A DNA stretch of 61,357 bases, the filler included, from Sluysia triapertura (taxonomy: Eukaryota), in the NCBI GenBank assembly GCA_046118255.1. It is 5 parts of 5 records of this genome, joined end to end, with 100 filler letters (N's around TTAATTAATTAA, not from the genome) between each part and the next. Parts side by side here need not be neighbours in the genome. Positions count along the whole stretch, not along the records: positions 38,608 to 49,970 come from JBJNIA010185568.1; positions 50,071 to 61,357 come from JBJNIA010186325.1; 3 more parts are not named here. One strand, 5' to 3'. The notes below the pieces were generated by a model that did not search any database, was not told where the DNA came from, and worked only from the letters and a program-made list of their open reading frames with translations. A program made the position numbers and the translations under genes. Of this stretch, positions 40,695 through 53,094 are shown one piece after another. Position 1 is the stretch's first letter. Each line of letters starts with the position of its first letter.

Positions 40695-41709
40695 TGTGGG
40701 GATGCTGAATCAATTAATCAAATCGACTAAATATTATAATATTTATTGACATATTTTATTATTTGACATTGTTACTTATTCTTATTATATTTAAAAAATA
40801 TTTATTTTTATTATATCAAAAACCTAATAATATTAAATAAGATTAAATTGAAATTAACTTTTTAGAATTTGAAATAATTAAATTAAAATTAAATGTTTAA
40901 AATTAAAACTAATATATGTTATTTTAATTTAAATAAATTTATATTTATTGTTTAAACAAATCATTTTTGTTTAATTTAATCAATTTTATAAACAAGCAAC
41001 ATGGCTGCTGAAAATTCTATATAAAAACCAGTAGGTTTAATGGAATTTTCAGAAGCCATTAGCTAAGAAAACATTCAATCATCTATAACTTTCCATATCT
41101 ATCAGTTTCCATGAATAAAGTAAGATTTTTTATATTAAGTTTGCCTTCTCACCGTAACTGGGAAAAATGAAATCCACGTAAAATCTTGAGTAATTTTTTA
41201 ACTTATACCGTATAAAGGATAAGTTAACATTTTATTAAACTTTATATACTAAATCTAATAATTTAGATTTAAGTGTTAAAATACGTATTGTTATTATATT
41301 TATCTTATTTTTTGTACTTTGTATGAGAAAGAAAGGTGGTTGTTATGAAGTTATATATTATAGAAGCTAAAAGGCTGGCTTAAAATTATAAAATATTTCA
41401 TAGAGTTTTCCCAAATTAGACCGTAAAAAGGCTAACTCAAAATCATCTAAAATATAAAGAATAGTTATCTAATGTTGAGATACAGTTTAATAGTTTGTAT
41501 GTGACTCTTCCGAAGTCGGATTTTAACTTTCTCTTAAAATCTTAATAGACCTTCGTCGACCAGACTAAACCGTTTCTGTTAGGTGGATTCACTCCAGAAT
41601 TCTATTTGCATTGTAAGTTTAGAAGAAACCACCTTGCAAAAAGCAAAACTATATTCAGTGTGAAATATTCCTGATTAAACAGGCATCAGATTTGCAATCG
41701 TGCCTCACA
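40695..41709 (+). mobile_element. 3' LTR (~1015 bp) of a Gypsy-like element
   Basis: PPT GGGGGAAG (40684-40691), then TGTGGGG...CCTCACA inverted termini; TATATAAA ~41018 and AATAAA ~41114. Confidence 0.85.
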
Positions 41710-44449
41710 AAGTTTCATTTCATTTCTAGTTTATCCGATTAATCCACCATACGAAATACTTTATTATGTACATTAATATGAATCACAGTACTAAAATATT
41801 ATCATGAATAATGAATTACAACAGTATGTTTCATTCAATGTATAGATTTTCCAAAAATGCGACTTTAATTCTAAATTATCTTAACAAATGTAGTTTTTGA
41901 TATTTAAAAATACTATGTATAAGTGACAATGTCTTATTAGCTATTTCCTATTTATCCGTTAATTACATTTACTATTGTTATTTCCATTATTATTAATAGT
42001 ATCAATAATTTTAAAATCATCATTATTATTATTATTACATTAAATTACATAAATTTTGGTAACACTAATAAGTATAATAATTTAAGAATAATAATTATAA
42101 TAATAGTAAAGAAATAAAATAATTGTAATAGGGATAATAAGAATAATGCACTTTAATAATAATATCATTATTTCATAAAACGGATATAATATAAGCCTAT
42201 ATTTTTTCTATAAATGGTGGTTGTAAACGCCTATACGTTTATTAATATGTAAGCCAATACAAAATTAGTTATTCTCACAATAGCACAACATAATAAAACT
42301 TAAATATTAATATAAAAATGTTGCTTTTTGAATTTGAAATATAAAAATAGACGATAATACAGAAAAACATTAAATAATAAGAATATTTGATCTAACTGGT
42401 TCAGCAAACGTATGGAAATATTATCATTATTAAATATCAGCACAAATATTAAAATCCACAAAATTAACTGGATTACAATTATTAAGGTGTTTCTGTACAC
42501 TTTAGTTTAAGTTATTTTAAGTAGATCTTACTATTCTTAAGAGGTAATTTAATATATTTCATTCTATTACATTAAGATTTAACTATTGTGCATTATGAAT
42601 CGTTGTTACTTGCGTAACCAATTTTATATTAATTGTTAGGTTATCATCACGACCCTCTAAAATCATATAAAATGCTTTAAAATTATTTACAAATCTCTAA
42701 AACACTTTAAAAAAATTATTACAGGCAAATTTAAATCTCTAAAGAAAAAGTTAGGTTTCCCCTATATGAGGGTCAAAATAGAGATAAATTAAACACCAAC
42801 AAAAGTTAAATACTAAAATAGTTTTAACTTTACTACTTATAAATAATTTGTTTCTGTCTGTTTTCTTATTATATCTATTACAATTTCTGTAAATTATTGA
42901 ACTTTTTGAGTTTTTGGTTCTCTTCATCATGTTAAAATAGTATTTGTAAAGTATCATTGTATAAAGACCCTTAAGTATTTTATAAGTATTAAATTTGACT
43001 AGAATTTTTAAGGATGTAAGATTAGAATCATGTTGCAGAAACTCAACTATACGTTGTAAGACGTTTGCTGTCAAAAAAACCAGAGCAAAATTTTAATTAA
43101 AATTTTAACCAAAAAAGATTATATTGTTTACTAACATGCCTTAATAAATATTAAAACATTTATTTATTTTGAAATATTTATTGATTTAAAATTATTTAAA
43201 AATAATCAGTAAAAAACTAAACAAAAATATTGAAATTATTTTGATAAATTTTCAGATTTTAACTTTCTTTTGTTTTTAAAATAAAACACAATGAATACAC
43301 TGACAAAAATCAAATAAAATTTGAAAATGTTTTTTTTGCCATAAGTTTTTGTACATTTTTATTATTTAAAAAACATAAAACATAAATGAATAATTAATTC
43401 CTTACTATAATACATTAAATATGCAGTGATTACATAGTTTGTTTATTATTAATTTAAAATAAATATTAATATAATAGTCTTTTAAATTTGAAAATATAAA
43501 TTTCCGGTATTTTAGTTTTATAAGTACGGAAAATTTCTTTTAAAATATTGGACAAAACCTTGCTGCTATAATTATTCCTATAATTATATCTATTGATATT
43601 AGATTGTTTCACAACATTCAACTTTTATTTGTCAACGTATTTGATGCTTCAGATTTATTTCTGACTTTTTAAATGAAAAATAATAGTTATACCAAGACTA
43701 AAATTAATTGTTCATTATTATAAAGGCTCATAAAATTTCAGAAACTTAATAATATTGTTTTTAGTATCTCATAATAGAAATTAAATAATAGAGAAAATAT
43801 ATTTTGATAAACTCAATAAAAATGTAAACAAAGTTAATTAATTGAAACAAGCATTATTAAATTTATCTACATATATTAATTGTTATCATAATAAAATTAT
43901 ATAGACTTATTGAATTTTATTTATTCTGAGTGTAACAATAATAATAAATTTTAGACAATGTTTTTAACATTATATTTTTATTCAAACAGATATTTTAAAT
44001 GCCTTTTATGATAGAAATTGGAAAATTTTTTGTTTGAATATTAAAATTTTAGAAATATATATATATGATATAAGAGATTTTTTATTAACTTACATTTCAT
44101 CTGATTTTATTAACGAATAAATCAAAAATATTTGACTAATAGTTTATTTTTCATAGTATATCTTTAATTTTTGACAATGTTAAAATAGAAATTCAGAGAT
44201 TAAAATGAAAATATATTTCAAGCAACATTTAAAAAAATTTAAAACGTGAAGTGCTCAAGTTATCGAAAAATAAGGAAAATTCTCACTTGGTGACGAAAAT
44301 GAGGCAATATTAGATATCTGTATTGATGACGTTAATTCTAATTTTGTGTTATTTTATTAGATTTTAAAAAATAAAAGATTGGCTTATGAAGACTTCATAT
44401 TAAGTCAACTATAACTAATAATATAGTTTTAACAGTGGTATATTTCAAT

Positions 44450-44698
44450 CAATTTCATATAGAAAAGTGAAAAAATTACAATTAATAATTAATCAAGCAG
44501 CAAGACTAATTTTCGAAGTCGAAAGATGATTTAATGTAACGCCTTATCTTAAGGAATTAAACTGGTTGCCAATAAAAGCAAAGGTAGAATTCAAAATGGT
44601 GACGCTAACTTACAGACGCTTATATTAAGGAAGTCCTGAATATATCTCAGAAATAATAAAAAATTTGGAAACCAAGATGAATATTTCATTGAAACATA
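44450..44698 (+). mobile_element. LINE (L2/Crack-like) ORF2 C-terminal fragment
   Basis: VTPYLKELNWLPIKAKVEFK; closely similar to 55600-55769 plus 58012-58090; stops abruptly at TGTCATGG. Confidence 0.8.
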
Positions 44699-46100
44699 TG
44701 TCATGGTCAATTATCTTTTATGTTACGATACATTATTCAGTAATTTATAATTATTTTATGTTTTATTATTGTTACTTATATAAAATATTTTAGAAAAAGA
44801 TAATAATAACTATCTATAATAAATATTATAATATTATATTATAATAAAAAATAACATAATAATTCATTTCAAATAATTGAGATTAATAAATTCAAATAAT
44901 AGCTATTTGTGGGTGATTTTAAAAGATAAGATCCTTATAGAATAAGATAAAATTTTAACGTGAGTCCACCAACGTACTAGGCTTACCAGTTAGGGATAGC
45001 CGTTGGATTTGTAAAGAAAAGACTTGTTAAGTAGAGGTGAAGTAACTTCATCAAGTGTAAATGCAATAGGATGCTCTCACTTTGGTAATTTTGCTATTAA
45101 TTCAGAACTTAAATGCTTATAGCCACATTTCTTATTTTTTGGAGTTATTTTAATAAATGGGAGTCAATACAAGCTGTAAATAGTATTTTAACAAGGTTTA
45201 TAAACAACTGGAATTTAATATTTTGTTAACTAAAAACAAATATTATTAGAAGTAGTTTACGAAGATCCTATGAAAAGGATCTGTAACAAGTAATTTTACG
45301 ATATTAGAATTAAATTCTAATAGGAGAAAGCTCAGTTTGGTATGGATTTTATATTTGAAACTATAAAAATTATCGTCAATCAAAATTAAAAGTAATTTTC
45401 TAATAATCTATTAACAAAAAATTATGATACAAAGGATATAAGAATTATAATACAAGAATAAACATTTACGTTAATTAACTGTTGTTGAATTAATTATTTA
45501 AATAATAAATTTAATTGTATTTTTCACAAGAACCGATAATTGGTTCCAAATTCTTTATAAAAAATAAATTTGAGTATATTTTTTAGTATATTTGAGTATA
45601 TATTTCAGGTATAAAAACCTTAACAAAATAAACTAACTCAGAATTATTTTGAAAAGAAAAACTGTTGCAATCCGGCCAAGAATATATATTTAAAATGTTT
45701 ACTGTTTAGAATAGTGTTGAAAATAATGTTAAAAATTGTGTTAACAAAAATTGTGTTGAATTTTACGACTACTTATAGTTGATCTAACTGTATTTGACCC
45801 GACTAAAACAAAATATTTATTTTATTTATTAAAACGAAAAAAATTTAATAATTAATTTTTTATAATTTGATATAATTACTCACGTTAATTTATAATCCGA
45901 TTAATTAAAATATCAATTCAATTAAAAATCCAAAAATTATGACAAAAATTATAAATTGCAAAATTTAAATCAATAAAATAGTTACAAATATTACAAATCA
46001 ATAAAATAGTTACAAATACTATAAATTAATAAAATAATGTACAATAATCAATTCAATGTGTTGTATAATAATCAATTGAATATGTGTATAATAATAAATT
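44699..46100 (-). mobile_element. Putative LTR (minus) inserted into the LINE; right end not resolved
   Basis: Starts TGTCATGGTCAA exactly where the LINE homology stops; homologous to 8820-9830. Confidence 0.5.
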
Positions 46101-47699
46101 CAATGTTGTTATTTACACTAACCTCAAAATTTACATAATTATTTATATCTGTATTTATTTCAATTTTAGCTTTTTCTATATAATTTTTAATGTTTAAAGA
46201 TAAATTCAATATCAAATGAATAAAATTATTCCTTATTTGTAAATGTTTAAAAAAATACTAAATAAGTAACAAAATAGATCTTCATAAGTGTTTAGATCTA
46301 AAGGAAAATATATTTTATTAATGAAACATTATCAATAAAAAACGTAACATGAATAATTCTTATACATATATTAATTACTACAAAATATTGAACAAAAATA
46401 TTATAATTTATTAATAAAATGTTTTATAATTATAATAATATGTGACTACGAATTGAACTATATGCAATTTTACAATGATTTTTCATTTTATAAAATCCTT
46501 TCGGATAGCCTCGTAAATTAAAATTAAATAAATTGTTTTTGACATATTCTGTTCACACAAGTCCATTATTACGATTTTGTATTTCTAAAATATATTAATA
46601 TATATAATTAAATACAATTTATTATATATTAAATAATTGAAATAAAAATATTAAAATAATGTAAAACTAAGTTATACAATAATTTATCCATAGCAACATA
46701 ATTCATTGAACTTTGAATTATAGTATTAAAATTATTATACGTTTGAGTGAATAAATGGTAAAGGAATTTAAAATTTTAAAATTTGTATTTAACTTTTATA
46801 TTTATTTTATTAATAAATAATATAAATTAATTAATTCTTTTAATGTTTTGATTCATAATAAAATGTTGCAATAATATTTTAAGTATATTAAAAATTTTAT
46901 TAACATAACTAGTGTCTTAAAGATTATTTAACATAAAATTGAAAAATAAATTTAATTTAAAATCAGAGTAAAAATAGTAACACTGTCAGATCTGTGCTAA
47001 AATAATTATCTTCAAAGAAGAACTTAGGAAAATCGTATAAGTTTTTGTCTATGTTGCTGTTAATCAAATGTGATTCATTCATATGTGCATCAAGATGCAC
47101 TGTAAGTTTAAGAAATCATTAAAATTAAAAGATAATTATATTTTTGTGATTAATCGAAAGTTTAATTAGTATTTGATGTATTATATTTCAAAAATTATTT
47201 TGAAGTTATATTATTTTAAATAATAATAATAATAATAATTGCGTTATTATCATTATTATTTTTATTAAACAATATTATAAAACAAAATCATATTTATTTA
47301 TGGCGACCTAGTTATACATCAATTAAATTTTAATAATATATTTGTCATAATGTAAATGCTTAATGTTTAAGAAAATATTTATTTACATATTTCAGTTAAT
47401 GCATTATTTTATAAAACATGTTTTATAATTTTTAAATCCACTACGGACACAAAGTTTGTAGAATATTTAAAAAAATACAGATAAAACTATAATAAGATAT
47501 AATGTCATTATTTTTATAATATTATGTATTATTTTAAAGTATACTATAACTGTATTATTGACAGAGGATTTTGTTATTCAGTTTTAAACATTTTGCTGAT
47601 ATTCTATAATAAATTACACACAGTGTGATGTCTCAAAACCAAACCTGCTACTTGATTGCATAGTTCCACATATATCCACTCTAAATCGCACCATTTACA

Positions 47700-48621
47700 T
47701 TATAAATATGATACACTTTATTCAACTTTACTCATCTACCAATTTTTACGGAACGACTTAGGACTTACAAAACTTATGAAAATTTCAATTACCCTTATGA
47801 AGAAGGCGATTATGATATTCTATAAGAAATAATAACAAACCCATCTGATGATAACGAAACACTTTTAGAAGATAACAACAAAGAAAATAACTTCAGTTCT
47901 CATATAATTCAAAAAACTAAAAATCTATTAATGTCTTACAACTGTAACGATACATTAAAGATTCCATTTTAAAAACGGCTTACCTAAAGGACGAATTAGT
48001 TTTTACCCTTTCCAAGTTAATAAAAATTTCAATTGCAGCCATAATAATGGAATTCAGCTGTGTAGTGGTCAACATTAATAACTTGTTAAAATTAACTTAA
48101 TCCTGTTAAAAACCAACCTTCTTAACAACCATACTCCTTAATCCAAATACAACGCCCTCAAGGCTATTTCGTACCCTAAAAGCTGGACTGTAATTTCTAT
48201 TATTATTTCAATTTAACGGTGGTAGAAATTTAAAAAAGTCTACATGCAACAAGAAAAAAATTTACAAATAAGCAACCCTAAGTCATTGTTAACATTGTTA
48301 AAATCCTATTATTGATAAATCTTACGTATGGCAGAATGTAAAGATCGACGGTAGCCCATAAAATGCCTTGAATCTTTGCAAATACAAGAACTGCAATTTA
48401 TTTGATCAACTGCTGGCCAGATGGTCGATTGTATGGGTCGTGGTCTACCCGTAGTTGGCGTAATAACAAACCTAGTCGATATAGTGGTTCGTAAATGGTT
48501 AATAACATTCTTGATAATGAGAAATTGTCCTAGATCGTGTATCATTGGATTAGATACCATTCGAGCATTAAATAACGCAGTGGTTCACCCCATCACTGGT
48601 CTAGCACTTATATACCTATGA
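47700..48621 (+). pseudogene. Decayed gag-like region and retropepsin (aspartic protease) lacking the DTG active site
   Basis: VKIDGSPIKCL[..]..MVDCMGRGLPVVG..ITFLIM..CIIGLDTIRALNNAVV fits the retropepsin flap and ILGxD motifs. The gag call is positional only. Confidence 0.7.
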
Positions 48622-48860
48622 ATGGTTGTTGTAATTCTTTAAGAATAAACGTGAAGCATTTGTATGTATACATTAAATATATTTGATATTTGTTGTACTT
48701 TTATATTTTTATAAAAAATTAATAAGTTTAATCTCGATGCGTGAAGTCCACTTAAATCAGCCTAGCCGTGTAGTTGGCACATGATAGACGATCGTTAAAA
48801 AATATAGGAGATTTATATATAAGTTACTATTTTAATTTCAACCTTTATTCTATATTAAAA

Positions 48861-49169
48861 ATGCTGGGTCCTATTTGTAGGAACTGTTTAAATGAGTATT
48901 ATTTTGTAAGTTATCATTGTGGACATAATTATGACCAAAAATGTGTTGTAGATCTTTTTCACAATGATAATACGAAGTTTCCAACTTCTGCCCTTTGTAG
49001 AGCTGAAATAACAGGTTACACCTTGTTTTTTAAAGGTTCTTTTAGAAATAATTTTCAATTTAAACGTACTTCTTCACCTTCTACTTCACCTTATCAACCT
49101 CCCAAATATCATTTCAACAAACCTCAACCTCCGCCACTTGATCTTTCACCCATCACAACGATAATATAA
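48861..49169 (+). CDS. Degenerate C3HC4-type RING-finger ORF with Pro-rich tail
   Basis: CRNC-x10-CGH-x2-D-x2-C...SALCR; two ligand positions are substituted. Confidence 0.6.
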   Translation: MLGPICRNCLNEYYFVSYHCGHNYDQKCVVDLFHNDNTKFPTSALCRAEITGYTLFFKGSFRNNFQFKRTSSPSTSPYQPPKYHFNKPQPPPLDLSPITTII

Positions 49170-49296
49170 AAGACGAACTCAAATAAAAATTTTTTATAAA
49201 GCATTAGGTACTTATTCTAAAAATCCAGTTCGTCATGTTAAACTGAAAAGACAATAATATTTTCTTTAAAGCTTTGGGACAAAGCTTACCTACTAT

Positions 49297-49970
49297 GGGA
49301 TAAATATAAAATATATAAAATATAAATATAAAATATATAATAAATAAACATAATGCTTATTCTTCATAAAATAACTCATAAACTCATTGCAATAAAATAA
49401 TCATCATTCTTAATAATCAGCATTTTTAATAAAATATAATATTTAAACATATTTTTAATAAAATATCGGTTTAAAAATATTAAGAATATAATGCTTTGGT
49501 ATCAATTTAAAATGAGATTACATATAGTTAATATAAATTAAAAATTTAATAACAAATAATAATTAAATTTAAAGTGAAAATGTAGAAATAATTATTTTAA
49601 AGTAAGATTCTATAAAGTTAATATGAGATTAAAATTTATAAATATTAAATCTTACTATTATATCTTACTATTAAATCTTACAATGTATCCTAAAATAAGA
49701 ATTAATAACAATATGAAATTAAAATGTAAGCATCAGAACTTATTATTGTATTCAATAAATCATCTTAAATTAAGAATCAATAACAGTAATATGAAATCAA
49801 ATTTTAAGAACATAAAATCCTCTCAAAATTATCTTAAAAACATGCTTTAGAATATATAAAATAAATTATATGTAATAAAAATTTAAAAGCACCATTATCG
49901 CATAAAATCATATTAAACTGAAATTGAATAGAACTAGTATATAATTAAAAATTAACTTAAATGAAAGAAG
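49297..49970 (+). repeat. AT-rich repeat, probably the 3' LTR of the gag-pro-RING element; second copy at ~51300-51680
   Basis: Preceded by TTTGGGACAAAGCTT (compare TTGTGGACAAATCTT before the PPT at 40665). 49490-49960 aligns with 51330-51580. Confidence 0.5.
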
Positions 49971-50070
49971 NNNNNNNNNNNNNNNNNNNNNNNNNNNNNN
50001 NNNNNNNNNNNNNNTTAATTAATTAANNNNNNNNNNNNNNNNNNNNNNNNNNNNNNNNNNNNNNNNNNNN
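49971..50070. other. Artificial contig linker
   Basis: Same 100-bp pattern. Confidence 0.99.
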
Positions 50071-50185
50071 AAGTTCTTTCTGTTTCAGAAATACTATGGT
50101 GAATGATATACCATAAGCGCTTTTGAGTACTTTCGCGATAGATATGAGCGCCATATAAATTAATATATTATTATTATTATTATTT
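50071..50185 (+). mobile_element. LINE 3' end with GCGCT..AGCGC stem and (TAT)n tail
   Basis: AAGCGCTTTTGAG...GAGCGCCATATAAAT plus TAT repeats, typical of L2-clade tails; matches 58210-58290. Confidence 0.75.
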
Positions 50186-51736
50186 AAATGTAAAAACTGA
50201 ACTCAAAAAAAGACATCAAGATCGATATAACACTGATAGAATAATAAATCAATGACTTTTTTGTAAAGCGATCAAAAAAGTAATATAAAGTTTTCTCAAA
50301 CAAAAAAGATTAAAAAATTAAAATACGACTAAGTTATCGATAATAAAAGAAGTGGAAATCTTCAAATCATTTAGTGCTAAGTCTGGAAAATAAAAATAAA
50401 GCAGTGATTATTTAGTGACTATGTAAATTACTTGAACCATATCTACTAGCTTATGGTTATTTCAAAGGTGTATATAGTATGGAAATACAATTCGGATATG
50501 TAAATACGTTGTTAAATATAAAATACGAAGGTCAGGTGATGTATAAAATGAAGTATACGTTTGATAGGGTACGTACGTTTATTTATTTTTCCATCGCGCG
50601 TAATATTTTATGAATTTTAAAAATTTAACATGTTAAAGAAAATTAGTCTAACTTTATGACACATTCGCTTAATAATGATATAGGTATAACAAGGGCATTA
50701 TGTTACAGAGAGCAAAAATGCATGGCTGTCGGTTTGGCGACATTAATACAACCATGTTGTAATGGACAGCCAGACTTTTAGATATGAAGATGTTCCAAAA
50801 GACGACATACTAAATCTACATTTTGTACCAAAAAATAACCCTTTAGAATGTTTATAAAGGCATTTAATTTTGATATTTCATATTGCTTTTTTACAATAAT
50901 TTCAAAAGGACCTAAACCTTATATTTTACGAAATAACAGACGAATGTAAAAACTAATTTAAACATTGTATTCAAGACTATTTCAGTTTGTTTTGACACTT
51001 ATCGAAGGCATATCCAAATTGCACGACTGAACGTAATCGATTAAATCATGTTAAATCGTTCGAGTTCGAATTTTCAAATTGTTTTAAAAAGAAAATATGA
51101 ATTTTATCTACAATTAACTATACTTAACTGTAGAAAAGCTACCATGGATAATTTTTAAAAATAAACGAAATAAAATGTGTCACGTCTTAATCAAATTAAA
51201 TAAACAAATTGTAATCAGACTCAGCAAAAAAGACTTTCACAAACATAGTGTAACATAATATTCATTAATTTTTAAAACCTAAAATTGATTTAATTTAAAT
51301 TTATTTAAAATAAAAATTATTATAAAATTTAATGCTTTGCATCAATTTAAAATGAAATTTAATAGAGTTAGTATAAATTTAAAATTTAATAATAAATAAC
51401 AATTAGTTCTGGATTAAAATAAAATATATAATTATTTTAAAATGAGATTCTATAAAGACAATATAATATTAAATTTTAAGAACATAAAGATTATTCTAAT
51501 ATATTAAATTGAGATCGAGTAAAATTAGTATACAATTAAAAATTAATAACATTATTCTCGATTAAAATTAACTTAAATTAAAGATTGAGAGAATAATGTT
51601 ATATCAAATTTTAATCGAGAAAAAGCATATTAAAATAATATTCAATATAAATTATATGCAATCAAAATTTAATAAAATAAATATTTAGACGGGAAGCAAT
51701 ATTTATCATTGTTTATTATTATCATTGTACAAATTA

Positions 51737-51737
<1 letters not shown>

Positions 51738-51805
<68 letters not shown>
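51738..51805. repeat. (GAT)n(TAT)n compound microsatellite
   Basis: Seen directly. Confidence 0.95.
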
Positions 51806-53094
51806 AAATGATTTAATAGTGTTTATTGATGATTCATTATTGTTACTATTGATGAAATTAAATTATTCATCATCATTATGAAATAATTATTTATTGTATC
51901 ATTATTACTATAATTATTATGTACTAAAATTATATTAAGTGGAATTAAATAATTATCACTCATCATGATTATAATATTAACAAATTAATCACTATAATAT
52001 TGGATGGAATTACTATACAAGAAAATTCAATAATTCAAAACCATAATAAAACGCGTATAAATAGCGCGTGCAAGCGATTGAGCAAGCGATACACGGGATA
52101 CACTGGTTAAACGAATAACGGCGCGACACACGGTGAAAGCGACGATCGATTATTAGATAATATATTTGAACATTTTAGAGAAGACATCATTTAGAAATTA
52201 TTTTTGGCATCGCAAAATTGGAAGATCAAAGCACATTATTCAGAATTAATATTAAAGAAGAGACCAATCCAAAATTAATTGTAATTATTGTCGATTAAGT
52301 AAGCGATATTTATTGTAATTCCAGTTTAAAATATTTAAAGTTATAAATATATTTTTCAATATTTATTTATATTCATTATTGTTGCTGTTTCATTAGTGTT
52401 ATTGTATTTTGTATAAAGTATTTGATTAATAAATCTTCGAATTTGAATTTTTTGTGTTTTGAGAGTAGTTCCACAAAGAAGAAAATAATATAAGGTTATA
52501 ATCAAAAAATTGCAGTTGTATCTAAAGTTAAAGTTAATATTTATATAGTCAATTGAACTTCATTTTAGAATAAACTTAAAAATATATTTTTGCGTTTCCA
52601 TTCCAGACCATCGGAACGAGTATCAGAACTCATACTTCCAGATAGAATAAAGAAATATATATTAATAGAATAGTAAAACGATAAAGATTTTAGGTTGTTG
52701 CTGACTAATTTATATAAGGGAAGATATTTAAAGTATTAACGTTACAGAGTTTGTATTGGAAGTCTAATTATCTAATTTATCACAAGTGTATATTAATTTA
52801 TTGAAGTATCCAGAGTCATTTAAAGTTTTACAGATAATAATAATTAAATATAAGTAATTTTTATCAAGTTTGAAGAAGCGTTGTTGTTCATCTTTAAAAT
52901 CTAACAATATTTTGGAAAAGAGTAAATGAACTTATTTCTGCTAATAAAAAATTAGAAACACCGAATGAAAAATTCTCCAATAATTGAAAATATTAATAAT
53001 GAAAAGAACGAAAAAATCAAAATTTCAAATCAAAAATCAATTGTAAAAATAATTAAAGATTAATTTTAATCAAAAACAAATAATCTTAATAAAA

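Noticed and set aside
41537-41602. Hairpin motif as a hammerhead, HDV or twister ribozyme
   Set aside because: GAAAC occurs in only one copy, there is no CUGANGA, and no pseudoknot pattern is evident.
42751-43074. LRR-like start (EFLQHDSNLTSL)
   Set aside because: A single partial repeat followed by low-complexity sequence; insufficient support.
47845-47862. CTGATGA-TAAC-GAAAC hammerhead-like core
   Set aside because: No stems I or III can be formed; it lies in decayed coding sequence (DDNET). Other CTGATGA hits (3168, 5321, 40124, 55195) lack a properly placed GAAA.
50400-51150. Cys-containing decayed coding-like stretch (LCYREQKCMAV)
   Set aside because: Many stops and no family recognised with confidence.
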